Shown: positions 1-9,000 of the stretch, piece after piece
How positions within the stretch are numbered: the first letter of the stretch is position 1
Layout of the letters: each line of letters starts with the position of its first letter
Position numbers and translations under genes: made by a program
Origin: Bacillales bacterium UBA7476
Lineage (GTDB): Bacteria > Bacillota_I > Bacilli_A > RF39 > UBA660
Direction: 5' to 3'
Length of the DNA: 60,295 bases
NCBI GenBank assembly: GCA_002477275.1
Contig: DLOU01000046.1
Location: 25,046 to 85,340 of the forward strand
The notes under the pieces: generated by a model
What the model was told of the DNA's origin: nothing
What the model saw: only the letters and a program-made list of their open reading frames with translations
Databases searched by the model: none

Positions 1-79
1 GATGTCAAAGTGACCTCCATAGGTCATTTGTTTTTTCACTTAATTTTGCAAGTTCTCTTTTTATTTCACTTTTTTCCAT
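1..79 (-). CDS. prfB: peptide chain release factor 2, 5' end only (gene runs off the left edge); requires +1 frameshift
   Basis: Absent from the ORF track because it is under 60 aa. The minus strand reads GAGGA, 5 nt, then ATG, giving MEKSEIKRELAKLSEKTNDLWRSL followed by CTT TGA C. A 24-aa ORF0 ending Leu-stop-C after an internal GGAGG is the canonical RF2 recoding cassette. After a +1 shift the frame continues GAC ATC out of the window. Confidence 0.8.
5..18 (-). other. programmed +1 ribosomal frameshift signal of prfB (GGAGG, 3-nt spacer, CTT TGA C)
   Basis: The minus strand reads GGAGG TCA CTT TGA C. This has the same architecture as the E. coli and B. subtilis RF2 autoregulatory site. 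Confidence 0.8.
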
Positions 80-101
80 ACGCATCCTCATTTCCTTTAT
101 T

Positions 102-131
102 ATTATACACAATCTTTTTTATAATAATCAA
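102..131 (-). promoter_or_regulatory. candidate sigma-A promoter of prfB (TTGATT, 18 nt, TATAAT)
   Basis: On the minus strand the -35 TTGATT lies at 126-131 and the -10 TATAAT at 102-107, about 20 nt upstream of the prfB RBS. Confidence 0.45.
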
Positions 132-217
132 TAAAATAGGTATATTTATCAATTCTTTACATATTATATTATTGAGGAAGGTTCACTGTTAAGTGTGAAG
201 ATCCTCTGTATATAGAT

Positions 218-243
218 AGAGCACAATTTGTGCTCTTTTTTTA
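218..243 (+). terminator. stem-loop AGAGCACAA-TTTGTGCTCT followed by T7
   Basis: A perfect 8-9 bp inverted repeat is followed by a T-run on the plus strand and overlaps the stop codon of the SDR gene. There is no U-run in the minus direction, so it is a weak terminator for the minus-strand operon. Confidence 0.5.
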
Positions 244-1041
244 TTTGAAAAAATCTCTCTTGTTAAAACTAGCAGTCATAAATCTAAAAGCTGCTTTTCT
301 ATTTGTTAACCAAGAAAATTTAACGTTATTCTTTTTGTTATTAATTATTTTGTTTACCATAAAGTTTGCGATTGTTTCAGGATAGTCGCCTAAAATGTTA
401 TAAACTTTTTTGGTTTTTTCATCTAACTCGAACTTATCTCCATCTCCAAGTGATGTTGAAATAAAGTTAGTAATCATTATTCCAGGTGTTATTTTTCCAA
501 CTAATACGTTTGTATTTTTTTCTTCACATTCATGAGCTAATGATTCTGTAAAATAAGTAACAGCTCTTTTTGATGTTCCATATATAGATAATCCTGTTAT
601 AGTAGCATCATTACTTCCATGCCCTTCTACATTATATATTTGTCCACCTTTTTGTTTAATCATTATTGGCATTATTAATTTTGAACAAAGGATAGTTCCC
701 TTTAAGTCTATATCAATAAGTCTATTAATTACTTTTTCATCTGTTTCCCAAATAGTTTTATTATCTTGATTTACTCCAGCATTATTAATCCATATATCAA
801 TTGTTTTTACTTCTTTTAATGTTTTTTCAATTAGGTTGTTTATATCATCACTATTTGTAATATCTGTCTTAAATGACAATATTTTACCTTGTGAATCTAC
901 CTTTTCTAACTTTTCTTTTGCTGTTTTTAAACTTTCTTCATTAACATCACACAATACTACATTAAAGTTTTCTTTTCTAAATAGTTCAAGCATTGCATAA
1001 CCAAATCCTCTTGCACTACCTGTAATAACAACTGTCTTCAT
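241..1041 (-). CDS. SDR-family short-chain dehydrogenase/reductase
   Basis: 266 aa. It has the Rossmann motif ITGSARGFG, an NNAG motif and the catalytic YGTSK (YxxxK). It starts 15 nt after the upstream gene, so it is probably the last gene of the 5949->241 operon. Confidence 0.8.
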   Translation of the reverse strand: MKTVVITGSARGFGYAMLELFRKENFNVVLCDVNEESLKTAKEKLEKVDSQGKILSFKTDITNSDDINNLIEKTLKEVKTIDIWINNAGVNQDNKTIWETDEKVINRLIDIDLKGTILCSKLIMPIMIKQKGGQIYNVEGHGSNDATITGLSIYGTSKRAVTYFTESLAHECEEKNTNVLVGKITPGIMITNFISTSLGDGDKFELDEKTKKVYNILGDYPETIANFMVNKIINNKKNNVKFSWLTNRKAAFRFMTASFNKRDFFK

Positions 1042-1056
1042 ATTTTCCCTTCTTTT

Positions 1057-2070
1057 CTATCTTTCTAATATCCAATCTTGTAAATATTTAATTTTTGTTC
1101 CACAAAACTTACATTTACCAGTAGTTGCATCAATTGATGCTCCACAGTTTGGACACATAATAATATTCTTTCCTTCTTTTAATTCAAGTTTACCTTCTAT
1201 ATTTTTCTTCATAGTAAATGTATCTTTAATATATTTTGATTTTATTTTACCACTTTCGAAACTAATTATTCTTAACTCTATTTCAGTATCTACATATATA
1301 TTGTCATTTTTTTCATATTTGTTAAACGAATTATAATCAAGAATATCAAAATCAATTACATTTTCTTTTGTAAAATAGTACTTTTTAATTTCATAGTTTA
1401 AATTATTGAAAAATGTTTTTTTGTCTATTTGTGAAGTATCCCAAAATATTTTTTGTTTTTCATTTTCATTATCCTTATATCTTTTAATTGGTCCTAAAAT
1501 GATGTATGCATCAATAGTATAAAATAAATAGTATAAAATTAGTGAAAGAATAGCTCCATAAATAAATACTTTTGAAACATCATATGAATTAAATGTTCTA
1601 GATGTTGTTTTAATAAAAATAAAACTTATTATTAAACTTATTACTATATCTACTACTGCTGTTATTATTCTATAAGTAGTATTTCTTAATACTCTATCAT
1701 AGTGATATTTATTTCCTAATTCTTTATCTGTATAATCAATATTATAATATGTTCCACAATATGGGCATCCATCTAAAAAGTTTTCTATTTTAGCTTTTGC
1801 TCCACAGTTTGGACATATATTTTCTTTTTGTTCTTCTTCTTTTGATATAAAAGTATATTCTATTCTTGTATCAAAATCTTTTTCTTCGTGTTTTAATTGT
1901 CCATTTACATAGTACTTTTTTTCTAATCTTATACCTTTTTTAATATCATCGTTTTTTGAATTATCAGTGTTTCTTTCTAGAACTTCTCTATCAACAATAT
2001 ATTTGGTTTTAATGTTAATTTTATTTGAATCTAGTTTTTTCTTTTGATATTCTTCTGATATTAATGCCAT
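1057..2070 (-). CDS. membrane protein with two zinc ribbons flanking two TM helices; function unknown
   Basis: 337 aa. Zinc ribbons are CPNCGAKAKIENFLDGCPYCG and CPNCGASIDATTGKCKFCG. Hydrophobic segments are ITAVVDIVISLIISFIFI and VFIYGAILSLILYYLFY. Confidence 0.55.
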   Translation of the reverse strand: MALISEEYQKKKLDSNKINIKTKYIVDREVLERNTDNSKNDDIKKGIRLEKKYYVNGQLKHEEKDFDTRIEYTFISKEEEQKENICPNCGAKAKIENFLDGCPYCGTYYNIDYTDKELGNKYHYDRVLRNTTYRIITAVVDIVISLIISFIFIKTTSRTFNSYDVSKVFIYGAILSLILYYLFYTIDAYIILGPIKRYKDNENEKQKIFWDTSQIDKKTFFNNLNYEIKKYYFTKENVIDFDILDYNSFNKYEKNDNIYVDTEIELRIISFESGKIKSKYIKDTFTMKKNIEGKLELKEGKNIIMCPNCGASIDATTGKCKFCGTKIKYLQDWILER

Positions 2071-2081
2071 ACTACCACTTC

Positions 2082-2459
2082 CTATCTATTGTTGTTATTA
2101 TTGTTATTATTATTGTTATTATTATTGTTGTTGGAAGAACCACCTGAGTAACTGCTGTGGCTTCTACTTCCTCCCCCACTATAATGAATCGGTTCAATAT
2201 AGTGAGGATATACTTTTATTGAATCTTTTGTTAATAAAAGTCCATCAATACTAACAGATTTTCTTGTTAAAATGGTATCTTTTAAAATATCTCCATTATA
2301 TAAGGAAACACTAGTTGTTCCACCTTTTACTGTTCCATTATTTTTTACCCATTCATAGATTCTTTCTATTTCTTCTTTTGATAATTCATAGTACTTAGTT
2401 AGTTCTATACATCTTCTTTGTAAAATTAGTTCTTCATATGTTTCAGGTTCTTTATTCAT
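2082..2459 (-). CDS. small protein with a Gly/Ser/His/Tyr-rich tail ending in Asn15-Arg; translationally coupled to the radical SAM gene
   Basis: 125 aa. The tail is YPHYIEPIHYSGGGSRSHSSYSGGSS followed by N15 and R. Its start codon overlaps the radical SAM stop by 8 nt (ATGAATAA). Confidence 0.5.
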   Translation of the reverse strand: MNKEPETYEELILQRRCIELTKYYELSKEEIERIYEWVKNNGTVKGGTTSVSLYNGDILKDTILTRKSVSIDGLLLTKDSIKVYPHYIEPIHYSGGGSRSHSSYSGGSSNNNNNNNNNNNNNNNR

Positions 2460-4203
2460 TTTTTAACTCCTTATCTATATAATAAAATTCAATATTTTGA
2501 AATGGTAAATTAATCGCTTCTATATGATAATATGCATTGTTTTTTTGTTTTGTATAATGATAATCTCTTAATGCTGTTGTTGTGAAAAATAAATTGTTTG
2601 CTTTTTCTTTTGATATAAAATCTTTGTATTCTTTTATTTGATTAGTTATGTCATAGCAATAAAAATCTTTTTTATCTGATTTTGTATTATCTAGTACACC
2701 CTTATAAACTTGATGAGTCATTACATGTCTTTGCTTTGTTCTGTTCTCATCACCATATGTTACTAAATCTCCTGATAAAAGCATTATATATAATGCATTA
2801 TTCTCTGGATAATCACATTCTTCTTCTATTAAATTCTTTTTCATATATAATTTTACTTTTGAATTTGGTGTTATAAATACAAACTCTCTACTGTTTTTTA
2901 ATATTTGTGATTCAAGTTTATATTCTGTATTATCTACTTTTAATATAAATGAATCTTTATCATAGATGTATTTTAATTTAGGATCTTTATCTATTATTTC
3001 TTCAAGCGTCCCATTAATACTATCTTTCTTTTTTGGAACATATTTATCTAAATCTACTGTTCTCATTTTTGATAAATATTCGTATACAAATTCTTCATTG
3101 TATTCATCTTTTTGATAATTTCTATCTTTGTACATTTTTTGTTGAAGTAGACAAGTATAACTTTTATTTGTCTTGTATGTATTTTTTACAAACGGACAAC
3201 CTGTTTTACATAAGTATAAATATCCACATTTTGCACATTCTTCATTAAAACCTTCTTTATTATGATTCATAAATATCTTTTTTTGTGCTGTTTGTAAAAT
3301 CTTATCCACAGAATCTGTGTATATATTTCCATAATAATAGTCCTTTTGTTTCTGACCTCTAACGCAAGAATAAATATCCCCATTTTTTTCTAATAAGAAA
3401 AACTTTTCTCCACAGTTATCACAATTAGGACAATATCCTGGACCAAATTCATCAAACCATGCATTGTTTACTCCATAATCTAGGTCTGTTCCATCAAATT
3501 CTTTATGCATTCTATCATATAGTTCTAATTGTTCTTCTTCAGTAATATGATGAAGAATTCCACATGAATTATAGTCAAAACCTATCATAAAGTTGAAATC
3601 ATTCATATCAAGGCATGTATTTTTATTTAAATACTTTATATCTTCTACTATTTCATCTAATTTATTAAAATGTTCTTTAAATATAGTTGCAGATACTTTC
3701 TTTTTATTTGGTATATTCCTTAATAATTCAATATTTTTTAATATTCTATCAAGTGTTTTCTTATTACCTTTTGTAATCCTGTATTCATCATGAAGTGATA
3801 ATGGCAAATCTAGGCTTCCTGATATAGATACATTAAATTCTTTTATTGTATCTATATGTTTTTCTAAGTCATATAAATTTGTCTTTATGTGAGGATTTCC
3901 TATTTTGAAGCCACCTGATGTGATTATTTCTTTGTTTTTTTCGTAGTAATCACTTATAAATTTAATAATTTCTCTAAAATCATTTTTTGATAACGTTGTT
4001 ACTTCTCCACCATGTAGCGAAATATTAAATGGTATAACATTATTATCTTTTAGTTTATTTACTGCATATTCTAGTGTTTCTAGTGGACTATACTTTGTTT
4101 TTTCATCTTTTGTATTATCCTCTAAATAACAATATTTACAACACATATTACATGCCATTGTAGGTACATATAATAAATGAATATATTTATAATCTGTATT
4201 CAT
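2452..4203 (-). CDS. radical SAM / SPASM-domain enzyme with a ~230-aa C-terminal extension
   Basis: 583 aa. The CX3CX2C motif is at C18/C22/C25 (ACNMCCKYCY), with HGGEVT as the GGE-like motif. The SPASM signature is CGEKFFLLEKNGDIYSC (CX10GX4C) plus CAKCGYLYLCKTGC (CX2CX5CX3C) and a trailing Cys. Confidence 0.85.
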   Translation of the reverse strand: MNTDYKYIHLLYVPTMACNMCCKYCYLEDNTKDEKTKYSPLETLEYAVNKLKDNNVIPFNISLHGGEVTTLSKNDFREIIKFISDYYEKNKEIITSGGFKIGNPHIKTNLYDLEKHIDTIKEFNVSISGSLDLPLSLHDEYRITKGNKKTLDRILKNIELLRNIPNKKKVSATIFKEHFNKLDEIVEDIKYLNKNTCLDMNDFNFMIGFDYNSCGILHHITEEEQLELYDRMHKEFDGTDLDYGVNNAWFDEFGPGYCPNCDNCGEKFFLLEKNGDIYSCVRGQKQKDYYYGNIYTDSVDKILQTAQKKIFMNHNKEGFNEECAKCGYLYLCKTGCPFVKNTYKTNKSYTCLLQQKMYKDRNYQKDEYNEEFVYEYLSKMRTVDLDKYVPKKKDSINGTLEEIIDKDPKLKYIYDKDSFILKVDNTEYKLESQILKNSREFVFITPNSKVKLYMKKNLIEEECDYPENNALYIMLLSGDLVTYGDENRTKQRHVMTHQVYKGVLDNTKSDKKDFYCYDITNQIKEYKDFISKEKANNLFFTTTALRDYHYTKQKNNAYYHIEAINLPFQNIEFYYIDKELKNE

Positions 4204-4222
4204 AATCTCCCCCTAACCTTGT

Positions 4223-4984
4223 TTATGGATATATAATTCCTGCGCTAGTTATATTATTGTAGTTATATTCTCCAAATGTTCCATAATAATTAATATTTGT
4301 TGGGCTTTCCTTAAATGCTCTTTCATTAACTGATACTCCTTGTGGTAAATTAATATTATATAGACTTGTACATTGTCTAAATGCAGATGAACCAATTTCT
4401 TTTAATTTGCTATTTTCTGATATATAAACTGTAGATAGACTTGAATCTCCATAGAATGCATGTCCACCAATTCTTGTTACAGAATCAGGTATATTTATAC
4501 TTCTTAGTGATGTGCAATATTCAAATGTATCTCCCCTTATTTCTGTTAATTTATCTCCCAATTCAACTGTTTCAAGTGATTTTGCATTATAAAATGCTTC
4601 TCCTCCAAGATGAACTAAGTTATTTGGTAGTTTAATTGATTTTAATGATGTTGCATTGTAGAATGCTCCTCCATCTATATAAGTAACTGTTTCTGGAATA
4701 TCTATTTCTTCTAATGATGTACAATTTTTAAATGCACTTCCTCCAAGTGATTGTAATTTTTTTGGTAATTTAACTTTTTTTAGTTTTGTATCATTTTTAA
4801 AAGCTTGTCCTCTTATTTCTGTTATTGAATCAGGCAGCGTAGCTTCTTCTAAATTTTTCATATTTGAAAAAGCATTTCCTCTTAAACTAACTACTTTTTC
4901 TCCTTTATATGTTTCTGGGATTGTTACAGTTTTATTGTTTGTTAAACCATAAGCATAGAATCTTACCCCATAACCGTTTGGCAT
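4223..4984 (-). CDS. leucine-rich-repeat protein (BspA-like LRR)
   Basis: 253 aa with about 8 repeats of the pattern LP..(L/V)..I(G/R)..AF..C.SL..I.IP. There is no signal peptide of its own. The start overlaps the upstream membrane-protein gene by 22 nt. Confidence 0.7.
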   Translation of the reverse strand: MPNGYGVRFYAYGLTNNKTVTIPETYKGEKVVSLRGNAFSNMKNLEEATLPDSITEIRGQAFKNDTKLKKVKLPKKLQSLGGSAFKNCTSLEEIDIPETVTYIDGGAFYNATSLKSIKLPNNLVHLGGEAFYNAKSLETVELGDKLTEIRGDTFEYCTSLRSINIPDSVTRIGGHAFYGDSSLSTVYISENSKLKEIGSSAFRQCTSLYNINLPQGVSVNERAFKESPTNINYYGTFGEYNYNNITSAGIIYP

Positions 4985-5949
4985 TTTTCATAAAGTATTT
5001 TGGGTTCATAGAAAATAATAAGTGGTAAAACAATTGCAATCACCATAGTTAAAATTCCAAGTAATTTACTGTAATCTTTTATTAAATTTTCTTTTGTAGA
5101 CATTACAATATTACTTATTTTTTCGTTAGGCCTTGCTTTTATTTCTTTTGATATTATTGATAGTATATTTACTTTTCTAGATAATATAAAAACAACCATT
5201 AATATTATTATCCCTATTACATATGTAGTTTTTGGAAAATGGAAGAATATTAGTGATATAAATGTAAATATTAATAAACTCATTATTGTATTAATAATAA
5301 TTCTCTTTTTCTGAAGTTCTTTTGTAGTAAAACTTCTAAGTGAAGATAATCCTTCTTTCTTTAACTCTCTATTTACAAATTCTTCTATCATTTTTTCTTC
5401 TGATAAGCTATACATTGAATCATAATCTTTAATTGTTGATGGTAATCTAGATATTAATACTTTGATTTTTTGTGGTTCTACTGGTTTTCCACAAATTGGG
5501 CAAAATTTATCTGTTTCTTTGATTGCTGCTGAACAATTCTGACATTTTAATGCTTTTTCTGCTTCTGTTAGAGGTTTAATAGGAATTACTGATATACTTT
5601 CTCTTTCTTTTTCTCCTGCACCGGTTATTGCTTCTATCATTGAAATTATTGTTGGTACAACAAATATAGATATAAAATCAATAATTACAGCTGTATCTTC
5701 AATGATACTATACAATATCCATAACAAAACAAATTTTCCAATTAATATAAGACAGAATATACCTTTTTGATTTCCTCCATTACTTAAAATTCTTGAAAGT
5801 GGGATTATAACAAAGGGTATTTCTATAATTGTAATAACTATTTCCATGGCTATCATTCCAGAAATATCTGTTTGACCTGGGGCAGATTCTGCAAAAACTG
5901 TTAATGGTATTAATAATAACAAAAATAATAATAAACTTCTTTTTTTCAT
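4963..5949 (-). CDS. polytopic membrane protein with signal peptide and internal zinc ribbon
   Basis: 328 aa. The signal-like N-terminus is [20 protein letters not shown]. There are several hydrophobic helices and a zinc ribbon CQNCSAAIKETDKFCPICG. Confidence 0.5.
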   Translation of the reverse strand: MKKRSLLLFLLLLIPLTVFAESAPGQTDISGMIAMEIVITIIEIPFVIIPLSRILSNGGNQKGIFCLILIGKFVLLWILYSIIEDTAVIIDFISIFVVPTIISMIEAITGAGEKERESISVIPIKPLTEAEKALKCQNCSAAIKETDKFCPICGKPVEPQKIKVLISRLPSTIKDYDSMYSLSEEKMIEEFVNRELKKEGLSSLRSFTTKELQKKRIIINTIMSLLIFTFISLIFFHFPKTTYVIGIIILMVVFILSRKVNILSIISKEIKARPNEKISNIVMSTKENLIKDYSKLLGILTMVIAIVLPLIIFYEPKILYEKCQTVMG

Positions 5950-5987
5950 ATTCTTATCCTTTCAAATTATCATATTATTATATTTTG

Positions 5988-5996
5988 ATTATAACA
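5988..5996 (-). promoter_or_regulatory. extended -10 element TGTTATAAT upstream of the 5949->241 operon
   Basis: The minus strand reads TGTTATAAT about 40 nt upstream of the ATG at 5949, immediately after the terminator of the sigma gene. Confidence 0.4.
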
Positions 5997-6004
5997 TATT
6001 TTAA

Positions 6005-6031
6005 GATAAAAAAAGAGCTCTTTTAAGCTCT
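6005..6031 (-). terminator. rho-independent terminator of the giant sigma gene
   Basis: A 6-bp stem AGAGCT/AGCTCT starts right after the stop codon at 6032 and is followed by a U-run on the minus strand. Confidence 0.6.
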
Positions 6032-9000
6032 TTAATCATTATATTTATAAAACTTTTTTCTTCTAGTTATTTCTTTGATTATAGATTCTACTTTTCCTGT
6101 TTTGTTAGAACTATCCATTACTTCTTTTAAAAGTTTATCTCCTTGATCATAGTATTCCGATTTATATAAGTATTTACATAGTTTTAATTTTATAATTTGT
6201 TTTTCTGTTTCAGAAATATCTAACTCATCTAATTCATAATCTATATTTTTATTTTGAAGTATTAAACCAAAAAATTTATTATAATCAATTTGAACTTTAT
6301 TTTGCTTTTTTACTTCTATTTCTTCTTGTGGTTTAATTTTTTGAATTTCCTCTTGTATTTCTGTCTCTTTTGTTTCAGTAAAACTATCAAGTTTTTTCTT
6401 AATAAGTGTAATTAGGAAATCTAGTTCTATATTTTTCAAAAAGTCAAGGTCATTATATTTACTTAATTCATTAGAAATACTAATATAATCTTTTGCTTTT
6501 TCTCTTAAATTGTTATTCTCATCCATAAGTGATACATAACATACTCCAATCATGTAATAAACATCAGTATTATTTATGTATTTATCTTCTCTTAATGATA
6601 ATAGTTTTTTTAGTGCTTCACTAAAGTCATGATTATTATAATCTTCTTTTGCTCTTAAGAATAATTCATCTTCATTTTCAGATGGTTTTTCATTAAATTT
6701 TCTTACCACTAACTTCTTATCTTTATCACCAACAAAAATCACCTTAATATTATGATCTTTAACTAATTTTTCTTTTGCTTTTATTAAATTACTATTATTA
6801 TCATCTATAATTATAAGTTCATTATCAGTTAAATCATTATAATTACTGCTTTCAAGATTAACGTTTTCTAGAATGTTTTCAAATTCTAATAACCTGTTAT
6901 TTTTTAATTCATATCTTAATACTTTTTTTCTCTTATATATTTCTTCTATATTACCTTTTAATAAACATTCTTCGTTTAGAGAGTCTATATTTAGAATGAT
7001 ATTTAAACATATTTCACTTAGTTCTATATCGTTATCCATTAATGATTTATAAAATTTTTGAACAATTTCTGCAAGAAGTAAATTTAAATTTGGCTTTTGA
7101 ATGCTTGCTAAAAACATTAGTGGACTAGTATAATTATTGTCTTCTTCTAAAATTGATGTTCTAATCAAATTTAACGCTAAGTCAAAATATTCGTTTTTAT
7201 TATTTTGATTTAAATATCTTTTTATTTCTAATAAACCATTTTCTAGGTCATTATTAGATAGATAAATCGCTATATCTTGAAAGTTCGTATTATCTTTTAC
7301 TTCTTCCTCTTGACTTTTTTCTTTTATTTTTATTTCTCTTAGTAATATTTCTATTATATCCTTTTTGTTTTTTTGTTCTTTTAATGTATTTAAAGCTTCT
7401 AATATATTATTGTCATATATTAATAAACGTATATTATTATCATTATTATCTTCTAAACTTTTTATTTCATTTACATTAAATAATTTTACTTTTTCTTTAT
7501 ACTCTTTAGGGAGTTCATATACTTTTGAAATAAGTAAAAGTATTAAATTATAATAATGTTTTTCATTTTCTTCAGTATTGCCTATTAATAAATCTAAATA
7601 TTTTAGTGTTTGTTCATATTTTTTGTTCTTAATACTATCTTCTAATAAATAATCATTAACTTCTATATTTTTTGGATCTATTTTGTAGCATTTATCTAAT
7701 ATTTTACTTGCAAATACTTTTTGTCCTTCTCTTAGCATTCCATTATATAATTCTAAAAGAAGTTCTACTTTACTACTTGATATTTCGTAAATACCATTAT
7801 TTAGAGTAAGATAATTATTATTTATTAGATAGTCTAATGTTTCTTTTCCTACTTCAGACAAATCTTTTTCTGTTAAATTATCACCCATGCAGAATGCTAA
7901 AAAGATTTTCTTTATGGTTATTCTTTGTTTTATTTCTTCCTCTTTTTCTCTTGCTAAAATTAAATTGTTATTCTCTTCTCTTTGATTTTCTAGTCTTTTT
8001 TTAAGGGTTATTGATAACAGATTTCTAATATATTTTTTTTCATCTATAGATATATCTTTTTTTATAACTGGATTATGTAAGTCTTTTCCATAGTAATCAT
8101 GTAATTTAATAAACTGATTATTGTTAAGCCCTTTTATTACATAGTCAACTTCTTTTTCTGAATATCCATAAGCTTTGAAATAATCATAAATATTGTCTGT
8201 GTTAGAATATTTTTTTACTTTTTTATCTTGTTTTATTCTTTTTAATTTGTTCTTTATAGTTAACGTTACAAGATTTCTAAGTTGTAATTCTTCTTTATTA
8301 CTTTTTTTGATTACTTTAGTACTTTTGTAATCCTCTCCGTAATATGTTTTCAATATTTCTTTTTGGTTTCCTGTCAAACTATTTAGTACTTCTTTTATTT
8401 CATCTTCTGTAAAACCATATGCAAAACAATATTCATATAGGTTTTTTATTGAAATTCTTTGTCTTTCTTTAGCATTATTATGTTCTTTTGTATCAGGCTT
8501 TTTTTCTATATTTCTACTTTTTTCTAGTTTTTTCATTAAATTAACACATAAAAGATTTCTAACACGTATTTTGTCGTTTTTACTTATTTTATCATTTATA
8601 ATAGGATGCTCTAAATCTTTTCCATAGTATAAAATAAGTAATTCTCTTTGATTATCATTTAAATTATCTAATACTTTATTAACTTCTTCTTTTGTATATC
8701 CATGAAACTCAAAATATTCATATATATTATTTATAGATGCTCTCTTTTTAGTGCTTACAGTTTCACTATTTTCTTTTAAATGTTTTATTTTTTGCTTTAA
8801 AGTACCTGTTACTAAATTTTTAATATATTTTTTATCATTTGAATCTATTTGATCATTAATAATGGGATGTTCTAAATCTTTTCCATAATACAAATATAAT
8901 TTTTCTAATTGTTTTTCATTTAGACTATTTAATAAATTATTAATTTCTTCTTTTGTATATCCATAATTCATAAAATACTCATATATGTTATTTATATTAT

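Noticed and set aside
10-192. 60-aa plus-strand ORF at the left edge
   Set aside because: It is a low-complexity Phe/Leu/Ile-rich translation lying antisense to the prfB start, RBS and promoter. It has no RBS.
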